Of a DNA stretch of 14,269 nt, positions 1 through 7,142 are shown piece by piece. The notes below the pieces were generated by a model. It saw only the letters and a list, made by a program, of their open reading frames with translations, was not told the origin of the DNA and did not search any database. Numbering within the stretch: the stretch's first letter is position 1; every line of letters starts with the position of its first letter. Source of the DNA: an uncultured Deinococcales bacterium. GTDB lineage: Bacteria; Deinococcota; Deinococci; Deinococcales; JAAFIG01. The stretch lies in assembly GCA_964244895.1 (NCBI GenBank), contig CAXTKV010000140.1:1-14269 (forward strand). Reading direction: 5' to 3'. Both the position numbers and the translations under genes were made by a program.

Positions 1-81
1 GAACCTCGCCTACAGCGCGTCGAGGTCGTTGCTTTTCCCTTATTCCCTTGTCCCTTCTCTCCTCGAGTCAGCCCTCATCGA

Positions 82-110
82 CACGCTCGTGAAACGCGTC
101 AGGGACGGTG
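82..110. repeat. Degenerate copy of the dispersed palindromic element, overlapping the lpxC stop
   Basis: Minus-strand CACCGTCCctgACGCGTTTCAcga-GCGTG aligns to the copy at 7097-7128 (CACCGTCCagcACGCGTTTCAagaataGCGTG). Confidence 0.6.
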
Positions 111-944
111 CTGGCGCAACTCGAGGGCCATCGCCACGTTGGCGGCGTGGCCGTTGCGTTCGCCCACGATCACGGCCTGAAGGGGACGCCCGACCAGGTA
201 CAGGTCGCCCAGCAGATCGAGCGCCTTGTGGCGGGCGGGTTCGTCCGTGCCGCGAGGTTTCAGGCTCGGGCCTTCCTCGCCGTACACGACGGCGTTTTCG
301 GCGGTCACGCCCATGCCGCGACCCATCGCCCAGAGGCGCTCCAGGTCGCGCTCGAAACCGAAGGTGCGGGCGTCCAAGAGCGTGCGCCAGTCGTGCTGAT
401 GACCGTGCCAGACTTGCGCCGTGATGGCCGGGTGCGGGTAGCCGATGGTGACGCGCACGGCGGCGGACTGACCTGCGGGCACGGTCTCGAGGCCGACGTA
501 GCCGCCGCGCACCTCGACCGCGATCTCGGGCGGTACGAGGCGTTCGGGCAGGGTCTCGGGTTCGATGCTCGCCAGGGCCTGCGCCCAACCGAGCGCGCTG
601 CCGTCCAGGATGGGGACTTCCGGGCCGTCCACTTCGATCAGGAAGCCGCTCCAGTGGTTCATGACGTACAGGGCCGCCAGCAGGTGTTCGACCGTGGAGA
701 CGCGAACACCGCCCACGGCCAGTTCGGTGGCCAGGTTGGTGTCCACGACGTTCTCCGCGATCAGCGCGATGCGTTGCCCATCGCGCAGCAAGGCGATCGG
801 TTCGCCGGGCGCGCGGTGGAAGCGAACGCGGGTGTTCTGGCCGCTGTGAATGCCGATGCCATCTATCCAGGCGGATGCGCCCAGTCCGTCCCAGGCGTTG
901 ATGATGGAGGTGTTGTGGCCTTGAGTGGTCTGAGATGAAATCAC
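99..944 (-). CDS. lpxC: UDP-3-O-acyl-N-acetylglucosamine deacetylase
   Basis: LpxC motifs GIGIHSG, STVEHLLAAL, EVPILDGSA, ARTFGF, DEPARHKALDLLGDL and NGHAAN. GTG start with GGGGG upstream. Downstream of lpxD. Confidence 0.95.
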   Translation of the reverse strand: MISSQTTQGHNTSIINAWDGLGASAWIDGIGIHSGQNTRVRFHRAPGEPIALLRDGQRIALIAENVVDTNLATELAVGGVRVSTVEHLLAALYVMNHWSGFLIEVDGPEVPILDGSALGWAQALASIEPETLPERLVPPEIAVEVRGGYVGLETVPAGQSAAVRVTIGYPHPAITAQVWHGHQHDWRTLLDARTFGFERDLERLWAMGRGMGVTAENAVVYGEEGPSLKPRGTDEPARHKALDLLGDLYLVGRPLQAVIVGERNGHAANVAMALELRQHRP

Positions 945-972
945 GGTTCGTCCCCCGGCGTTTCAGTATGAC

Positions 973-2145
973 CTACGTGGAATGTTTACCACGTGATGGT
1001 TCGATGTGAGCCTTCATCTTCGAGTTCCCGGACTCATTTGCGTCCTGCTCGAGCCGATCAGCCTCGTGCTGCTCGAGCCGATCAGCCTCGTTCTGCTCGA
1101 GCCGATGCGCGTCTCGTCCTTCGAGCCGATCCTCGAGCGACTTCAATCGGGCTTCCAGGCGTTCCAGATCGCGGATTTTGGCCTCGAGCCGGAGCTGATC
1201 GCGGATCGGTTGCGCCGGGCTGCCCCGATACACGCCGCCCGCCGGAAGGCTCTTGCTGATGCCGGACTGCGCGGTCACGGTCGCGCCCGCCCCGATGGTG
1301 ATGTGTCCGACTGAACCGACCTGACCCCACAGCACCGCCCGATCCTCGATCGTGACGCTGCCCGCGAGTTGCACCGCGCCGATCAACAGCACGTCCTCTC
1401 CGATCGAGGCGTTGTGCGCGATCACGCAGGCCGGGCCGATCTTGGTGCGCGCCCCGATGCGGGTCTGACCGACCGTTCCGCGATCCACGACCGTATTGAC
1501 GCCGATTTCCACGTCGTCGTCCAGCGCGACCGTGCCGATGTGCGGCAAACGCACGTGATGGTGTTCCGCCGTGCGCCGGAAGCCGAAACCGTCGCTGCCG
1601 ACGACCGCACCCGATTGCACGATCACGCGATCACCGATGGTCACGCGGTGCAGGATGCTGGCGTTCGGGTGGATCAGGCAGCCCGCGCCCAAGCTGGAAT
1701 CCTCACCGATGTAGGCTCCACCCAGGATCACGCAACCGTCCCCGACGCGAACGTTTCTGGAAACCACCGCGTTCGGCCCGACGTGAACCCCTTCACCCAG
1801 GCGGGCGCTCGGGTGGATCTGGGCGCTCGGGTGAACGCCGGGTTGGCGATCCAGATCCGGAAAGAACGCGCCCAAAATGCGTTCCCAGGCGAGTTCCGGG
1901 TCGGGCACGCGTAAAAAAGACCGTCCTGGACGCGTTTCTAAATTCGCGTCCAGGACGGTGTCTCGATGAATCACGATCAGGTGGGCGGCGCTTTGCAGGC
2001 ACGCAGGCAAATACTTCGCGTGGCGCACCACGACCACATCTTCGAGTGCAGCGTCCTCGGGATCGCGCAGGGCGATCACGCTTCCGTCCTGACCCTCGAG
2101 CCTGCCGCCCAGCAGCGCGGCCAACCCGGATCGGGTCTGGGTCAC
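973..2145 (-). CDS. lpxD: UDP-3-O-(3-hydroxyacyl)glucosamine N-acyltransferase, with repetitive C-terminal tail
   Basis: Hexapeptide left-handed beta-helix repeats, GAVVGSDGFGF, PHIGTV, VDRGT, IAHN, GQVGSVGH and YRGSPAQP. GTG start. Confidence 0.95.
   Translation of the reverse strand: MTQTRSGLAALLGGRLEGQDGSVIALRDPEDAALEDVVVVRHAKYLPACLQSAAHLIVIHRDTVLDANLETRPGRSFLRVPDPELAWERILGAFFPDLDRQPGVHPSAQIHPSARLGEGVHVGPNAVVSRNVRVGDGCVILGGAYIGEDSSLGAGCLIHPNASILHRVTIGDRVIVQSGAVVGSDGFGFRRTAEHHHVRLPHIGTVALDDDVEIGVNTVVDRGTVGQTRIGARTKIGPACVIAHNASIGEDVLLIGAVQLAGSVTIEDRAVLWGQVGSVGHITIGAGATVTAQSGISKSLPAGGVYRGSPAQPIRDQLRLEAKIRDLERLEARLKSLEDRLEGRDAHRLEQNEADRLEQHEADRLEQDANESGNSKMKAHIEPSRGKHST
1041..1130. repeat. 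24-bp tandem repeat (~3.7 units) in the lpxD tail
   Basis: CTGCTCGAGCCGAT at 1045, 1069 and 1093, degenerate at 1117. Encodes DRLEQxEA units. Confidence 0.9.
1920..1959. repeat. Dispersed palindromic element inside lpxD
   Basis: Perfect 15-bp arms ACCGTCCTGGACGCG / CGCGTCCAGGACGGT with a 10-nt AT-rich loop. Confidence 0.88.
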
Positions 2146-2167
2146 AGCTTCACCGTCGAGGCGCGCA

Positions 2168-4048
2168 TTACTTTTTCACCGTCAGCTCGAGCGGGATCAG
2201 GCCCGAAACGGGTGCGCTCTGGGCCTCGAGCGCCAGCACGGTCGGCGTGCCGGAACCGTCGGCGCGCATCTCGACCAGCACGTTCTCGCCGGAGATGCGG
2301 TTGCGCAGTCGCTCGAGCAGTTCCTCGAAGCTCAATATGCCATCGAAGACATCGCGCGTGCTGCCCTCGGTGTCCGGGCGAGCGGTCAGGCCGCCGCGCA
2401 CGGTCAGGTTGAAGGCACCGTCCGGCGCACTGTCCGGGATCTTGACGGCGATCCGGCGCACCACCGGCGCGGCCCGGTACGGCTGAAGGCGCACGTTCAA
2501 CCCGATCACCTGCCCCGGTTTGACGATTTTCGATTCCGGTTCCACGCGCACCAGCCGCGTCAACGCGAACGGGCTGATCTCGAAACCGATCTTGACGGAT
2601 TTCAATCCCGGCGTCCTGAACGGGTTCTGGGAAATCAACGCGACCACCAGCGCTGCCCGGAAGGCCGCCAGCGAACCGATGTCGTTCTCGTCCGCCACGC
2701 GGTCTCGCACGGTGATCGGGTCGCGGTCGGTGAAGGACAGCGTCCAGGTGATCGAGGCCGAACCCGGTGCGGAACCTTCCAGCCCCGCCTCGAGCGCCGA
2801 AGTGGACGCGATTTCGGTCAGCGCCCCCAGGAAACTTTCGACGGGCGCGACCGAAATGCGTGTGGTGCGGGTCAAGTTGCCGTTCTTGAAGCCGATCTCG
2901 AACGGAATGAAGCCCGCGTCCGCCCCGACGGTGCCGCCGATGCCATAGGGTTTATCCGTGCTGAACGCGCCGAAAGGCTTACTGATGTTCTCTGCGATCT
3001 TGAACGGGAAATTGCTGGATGCAACGATGGCGTTGACGTAGGCCGGAGCCGCCGCGTACCGCGCCCGAGCATCGCCCAGGAACGGGTGGCCGAAGGCCAG
3101 AATGGTTTTACCGTCGATGCTGGTGATCGTGCCGACCGCGCCCACGATCAGATCGCCGGTGATCAATTGCGCGCTGACCGCCGCGCCCGGCTCGAGCTTG
3201 TATGGTCTGTCTGGGGTGCTGCCCGAAGCGCGGGTTTGCATCGGCGAGCTGATGGTTTCGATGCCCCTGGCGTTGAGCAGGCTGGTCAGTTTCAGACCCG
3301 CCCGGCCCGACAAGCCCGAGATCAGCAACGGAGCGGACAGCGGCACGGCCTGCCCGAGTTTCTCGAGCTTCGGCAAGCCATTCGCACCCGAGAAGATCGG
3401 TCGCTCGAGCCCGTAGCTGCGCGTCGGTGACTCGAGCCCGTAGCCGCGCGTCGGTCGCTCGAGCCTGGACTCGAAGATCGGTGACTCGAGGCCGTACTGG
3501 CGCGCCAGGCTGATGGTCGTGGGTTTGGGCGCGGCGCGCTGCATGACCTCGATCGGCGTGACCAGCCCGAGCTTGTGATCCGCCTCCGGGAAACCCGCCG
3601 AAATCGCGCCCGCCAGCCTGTTGTCGAAATACACCGGGCTGCCGCTCATGCCCGCCGCGATGCCGCCCGAGGCGTCGATGAACGCACCCGACGCGCGCAC
3701 CATGATGTACGGGAAGCCCTGGCCCTGTTCGGCCAGAATCTCCTCGACCTTGACGGGAAACCGCTGAATGACGTTGCCCGCACCCGCCGTCAACGCGTAG
3801 CCCTCGAGCCCCTTTTTGACATCGGAGAACGCGAAGATCTGCTGGGCGCTGGCTTGCGAAACGCCGAGACACGAGACGAGCCCGAGCGCCAACCCAACCA
3901 TAGAAGAAACCGCTCGAGGAGACCGTCCAGCACGCAAGTAATAAGATACGTGCTGGACGGTGTTTTTCGTGTCGAAACCATCTGATAGAACGCGTCGGAT
4001 GCGCGCACGAACGCCTTGAAGCTGCCCGAGCCAGGAGTTCGAGCGCAT
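2168..4048 (-). CDS. SpoIVB peptidase S55 domain-containing secreted protein
   Basis: GIAAGMSGSPVY..LAGAIS S55-type motif, GAVGTIT..LAFGHPF, and a signal-peptide-like segment MVGLALGLVSCLGVSQASA. The ATG at 4048 directly abuts the mreB stop (TAG ATG). An alternative start is the ATG at 3901. Confidence 0.8.
   Translation of the reverse strand: MRSNSWLGQLQGVRARIRRVLSDGFDTKNTVQHVSYYLRAGRSPRAVSSMVGLALGLVSCLGVSQASAQQIFAFSDVKKGLEGYALTAGAGNVIQRFPVKVEEILAEQGQGFPYIMVRASGAFIDASGGIAAGMSGSPVYFDNRLAGAISAGFPEADHKLGLVTPIEVMQRAAPKPTTISLARQYGLESPIFESRLERPTRGYGLESPTRSYGLERPIFSGANGLPKLEKLGQAVPLSAPLLISGLSGRAGLKLTSLLNARGIETISSPMQTRASGSTPDRPYKLEPGAAVSAQLITGDLIVGAVGTITSIDGKTILAFGHPFLGDARARYAAAPAYVNAIVASSNFPFKIAENISKPFGAFSTDKPYGIGGTVGADAGFIPFEIGFKNGNLTRTTRISVAPVESFLGALTEIASTSALEAGLEGSAPGSASITWTLSFTDRDPITVRDRVADENDIGSLAAFRAALVVALISQNPFRTPGLKSVKIGFEISPFALTRLVRVEPESKIVKPGQVIGLNVRLQPYRAAPVVRRIAVKIPDSAPDGAFNLTVRGGLTARPDTEGSTRDVFDGILSFEELLERLRNRISGENVLVEMRADGSGTPTVLALEAQSAPVSGLIPLELTVKK
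3397..3496. repeat. 27-bp tandem repeat (~3.7 units) in the S55 gene
   Basis: Units start with TCGGT at 3397, 3424, 3451 and 3478, each with CTCGAG (3404, 3431, 3458, 3485). Encodes YGLE(S/R)P(T/I)xx. Confidence 0.88.
3922..3961. repeat. Dispersed palindromic element in the 5' part of the S55 gene
   Basis: Perfect 13-bp arms ACCGTCCAGCACG / CGTGCTGGACGGT with a 14-nt AT-rich loop. CTCGAG at 3913. Confidence 0.88.
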
Positions 4049-5080
4049 CTAAGACCGCGAAAAGTTGTCGCTCGAGGTCAGGTGGTCCTTCAGCACGTGC
4101 TTCATGTCGAGCGCCTTGCCCGTGCCGATGGCGACGGCTTCGATGGCGTTCGAGGCGACGATCACCGGAATCCCGGTTTCCTGGCGCAGCAACTCGTCGA
4201 AGTTTCGCAATAAACTGCCGCCGCCCGTCATGATGATGCCCCGATCCACGATGTCGGAAATCAATTCCGGCGGTGTGGCCTCCAGGACGCGCTTGACGAG
4301 TTCCACGATCTTGGAGACGGGTTCCGCGAGCGCCTCGATCACGTCGGCGGTGCTCATGGTGATGGTTTTCGGCAGGCCGTTGATCAGGTCGCGACCGCGC
4401 ACCTCGGCGGTCAGTTCCTCGCTGCCGGGACGGTGCATGGCCGCACCGATCTTGACCTTGATTTCCTCGGCGGTGCGCTCACCGATCATCAGGTTTTCCT
4501 TGCGGCGGGCGTAGCGGATGATCGATTCGTCGAACTCGTTCCCGGCCAGTTTGATGCTGTCCGAAACCACGATGCCGCCCAGCGAAATCACCGCGATGTC
4601 CGTGGAGCCGCCGCCGATGTCCACGATGATCGAACCCGTGGGTTCCTCGATCTTGACGCCCACGCCGATGGCCGCCGCGAGCGGTTCCTCGATCAGGTAG
4701 ACCTTGCGCGCCTGCGCGTCGCGCAGCGCCTGGATGATCGCGCGGCGTTCGACATCGGTCACGCCGGACGGGATGCCGACCATCACGGTCGGTTTGAACA
4801 ACCAGTATCCGGTCAGGACTTTCCTCAAAAACAGTTGCAGCATCCGGCGCGTCAGCTCGAAATCGGCGATCACGCCATCCTTGATCGGTTTGACCGCGAC
4901 GATGTTGCCCGGCGTGCGCCCGATCATCCGGTAGGCTTCCTCGCCGACCGCTTTGACTTCTTTCGTTTCGCGCTGCATGGCGATCACGCTGGGTTCCTGC
5001 AAGACGATGCCTTTGCCCCTGACGTACACCAGGAAGTTCGCCGTTCCCAGGTCGATGCCGATGTCTTCTGAAAATTTCAC
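4049..5080 (-). CDS. mreB: Rod shape-determining protein MreB (343 aa; start revised from 5185 to GTG 5080)
   Basis: IGIDLGTAN, EPSVIA, PIKDGVIADF, IEEPLAAAIG, VDIGGGSTD and TGGGSLL. AGGAG RBS lies 5 nt before the GTG at 5080. Confidence 0.96.
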   Translation of the reverse strand: MKFSEDIGIDLGTANFLVYVRGKGIVLQEPSVIAMQRETKEVKAVGEEAYRMIGRTPGNIVAVKPIKDGVIADFELTRRMLQLFLRKVLTGYWLFKPTVMVGIPSGVTDVERRAIIQALRDAQARKVYLIEEPLAAAIGVGVKIEEPTGSIIVDIGGGSTDIAVISLGGIVVSDSIKLAGNEFDESIIRYARRKENLMIGERTAEEIKVKIGAAMHRPGSEELTAEVRGRDLINGLPKTITMSTADVIEALAEPVSKIVELVKRVLEATPPELISDIVDRGIIMTGGGSLLRNFDELLRQETGIPVIVASNAIEAVAIGTGKALDMKHVLKDHLTSSDNFSRS

Positions 5081-5220
5081 GCTGTCTCCTCGGGTTTTTC
5101 GTTCTTTGCGGCACTCGAGCCCCGATTTGACGGTTTCGAGCGCCGTTTCTTGAGGCGACAGTATACCGTGCGCGTTCTGAGACACGTCTAAGTCGCAAAA
5201 ATGGCGCCCTTGAACCCGTT

Positions 5221-5313
5221 AGAACCGCCCAGCACGCGGTTTTTGTGGCTCAAGAATCGGGTTTCGGCGTCCCGGACGGTCTTCTTGGTGTGCGCAAACA
5301 CCGTCTGGGACGC
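5221..5313. repeat. Three arms of the dispersed palindromic element in the mreB-rsmF divergent region
   Basis: AGAACCGCCCAGCACGC (5221-5237), GCGTCCCGGACGGT (5267-5280) and ACCGTCTGGGACGC (5300-5313). The last two are inverted with 1 mismatch. Confidence 0.75.
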
Positions 5314-5353
5314 GTATTTCTGAAGACCGCAGGCTCGCGGTAGCCTGAAGGCG

Positions 5354-6736
5354 ATGCTGCCCGATACGTTCCTGATGCGAATGAGACGGTTTCTCGGGGC
5401 CGAATTTGGCGCGTTTGAAACCGCCATGCGCGGTGAGCGCACCAACAGCCTGCGCGTGAATAGCCTCAAGCTCGAGCCCGATGAGATTGGGAACATCCTG
5501 CCCGCCAGCCTCAGCCCGATCCCGTGGTGCGATGCGGGGTTTTACGTCTCTCACGAATCGCGCGTCGGTTCCAGCCTGGCGCACGCGCTGGGGCTCATCT
5601 ACGTCCAGGAAGCCAGCGCGATGGCGGTCGCGCTGGCCCTGGCTCCGCAAGCTGGTGATCGCGTGCTGGATTTGTGCGCCGCGCCCGGCGGAAAAACCAC
5701 GCACCTCTCGCAACTGATGGGCGGCGATGGCTTGCTGGTCGCCAACGAGATCAATGCGTCCAGGGCGCGAATTCTCGAGGAAAATCTGGAGCGGCTGGGT
5801 TGTCCCGGCGTCGTCACCAACGAAGATCCGGCGCGGTTGGCGCAGGTCTGGCCCGCGTACTTCGACCGGATTCTGGTGGACGCGCCCTGCAGCGGCGAGG
5901 GCATGTTCCGCAAGAACCCCGACGCCGCCCGCGAGTGGCGACCCGAACTCGTGCTGACCTGTGCGCGCCGCCAGACGCAGATTCTGGACGCTGCCGCGAT
6001 CATGATCAAACCCGGCGGAACGCTGGTCTACTCGACCTGCACCTTTGCGCCCGAAGAGAACGAAGCCGCGGTCGAGGGGTTTCTGGAATCTCACCCGGAG
6101 TTTGAATTGCTCGAGATCGCGGGATTCTCGCCCGGACGACCCGATTGGATCGATGGCCCGAGAGATCGCTCGGGCGAACTCTCGAGAACCGCGCGGTTGT
6201 GGCCCCACCTGCTGCGCGGCGAGGGTCACTTCATCGCCAAGCTGATCAAACAGGGCGGTCAGGCGTACCGCCTGCCGCTCGAGGAAATGCATCCACCCAG
6301 CGGCAAGGCGCGCGGGCTGTGGAAAGATTTCGCCAACCGCTTCGGCCTGCCCGGTGATGGCGTCACGATCTTCCGCGACCGCATCGAGCGACTCCACCCG
6401 GAAACGCCCGCGCTGGCGGGCATCAGAACCCTGCGCGCCGGAACGAAAATCGCGGAGGTCAAAGCGGATCGCCTCGAGCCCGAGCACGCCCTGACGCACG
6501 CGCTGAAGCGCCACGCCGACGCGCCCGCGCTCGACCTCGAGCCGGACGACGCGCGGGTCGCGGCCTTCTTGCGCGGCGAATCCTTTGAGGTCACAGAAGA
6601 CGTACCGGACGGCTGGATCGCGGTTCGGGCGCACGGTTTCGGGCTGGGCTGGGGCAAACGCGTCAAACGAACCCTCAAGAACCACTACCCGAAATCCTTG
6701 CGCGGGGCGCTCAGCACGGTTCCGCTCGAGGACTGA
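5354..6736 (+). CDS. rsmF: RsmF/YebU-type 16S rRNA cytosine-C5 methyltransferase (RsmB/NOP family)
   Basis: YVQEASAM, LDLCAAPGGKTT, DAPCSGEG, YSTCTFAPEENE, RLWPH..GEGHF, and an RsmF-like C-terminal domain ending LGWGK..LKNHYPK. Confidence 0.9.
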   Translation: MLPDTFLMRMRRFLGAEFGAFETAMRGERTNSLRVNSLKLEPDEIGNILPASLSPIPWCDAGFYVSHESRVGSSLAHALGLIYVQEASAMAVALALAPQAGDRVLDLCAAPGGKTTHLSQLMGGDGLLVANEINASRARILEENLERLGCPGVVTNEDPARLAQVWPAYFDRILVDAPCSGEGMFRKNPDAAREWRPELVLTCARRQTQILDAAAIMIKPGGTLVYSTCTFAPEENEAAVEGFLESHPEFELLEIAGFSPGRPDWIDGPRDRSGELSRTARLWPHLLRGEGHFIAKLIKQGGQAYRLPLEEMHPPSGKARGLWKDFANRFGLPGDGVTIFRDRIERLHPETPALAGIRTLRAGTKIAEVKADRLEPEHALTHALKRHADAPALDLEPDDARVAAFLRGESFEVTEDVPDGWIAVRAHGFGLGWGKRVKRTLKNHYPKSLRGALSTVPLED

Positions 6737-6766
6737 GGGTCTTGATCCGAATCGAGCATCCTTGGC

Positions 6767-6838
6767 TGTCACCCTGAGTGCAGCGAAGGATCTATCGCTG
6801 CTGGTCGGCTGACTACCGCATCGGCAAGAGATCCTTCG
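6767..6838. repeat. TGTCAxCCTGAG..GCGAAGGATCT-type palindromic repeat, right arm truncated
   Basis: TGTCACCCTGAGTGCAGCGAAGGATCT (6767-6793) and AGATCCTTCG (6829-6838), a 10-bp inverted match. Confidence 0.65.
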
Positions 6839-6841
6839 ATA

Positions 6842-6980
6842 AACCTCTTGCGAACGCGGTCGGCAACGTCTCGAGGGAAGGGTAGGGACAAGCCCTACCC
6901 CTACAACACCTGTCCTGTAGGGGCAACCTCATGGTTGCCCTCGCGTCAACACGTGCCCGAGACGAGGTTCGCAAGAGGTT
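6842..6980. repeat. MITE-like element with 14-bp terminal inverted repeats enclosing a GTAG-REP doublet
   Basis: AACCTCTTGCGAAC (6842-6855) / GTTCGCAAGAGGTT (6967-6980). REPs are GTAG-GGGTAGGG-CTTGT-CCCTACCC (minus, 6904-6880) and GTAG-GGGCAACC-TCAT-GGTTGCCC (plus, 6917-6940). Confidence 0.8.
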
Positions 6981-7092
6981 CAACGCCAATTCCTTGGGAT
7001 GAGGCATGGGGCGGGTCGCATCGCGCCAGTCTCTTTCGGTACCGACGCGACCATGCCAGTCTCGAGAAGCCATCTCGAGTGCTCAGTTTCAG

Positions 7093-7142
7093 AGAACACC
7101 GTCCAGCACGCGTTTCAAGAATAGCGTGCTGGACGGTGTTCT
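7093..7142. repeat. Best-preserved dispersed palindromic element; contains the patatin stop codon
   Basis: Perfect 19-bp arms AGAACACCGTCCAGCACGC / GCGTGCTGGACGGTGTTCT with a 12-nt loop holding the TGA (7115-7117). Confidence 0.92.

Noticed and set aside
28..62. Pyrimidine-rich tract with TCCCTT repeats after lpxC
   Set aside because: Short, low-complexity and at the window edge, so no function can be supported.
1041..3496. Tandem repeats as a possible CRISPR array
   Set aside because: No unique spacers, the repeats are in frame within CDSs, and there are no cas genes.
4428..4436. GGGACGGTG in mreB resembling an element arm
   Set aside because: Only a 9-nt match with no partner arm, compatible with chance.
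5219..6772. 517-aa minus-strand ORF
   Set aside because: Antisense shadow of rsmF with no recognisable motifs, typical of GC-rich codon bias.
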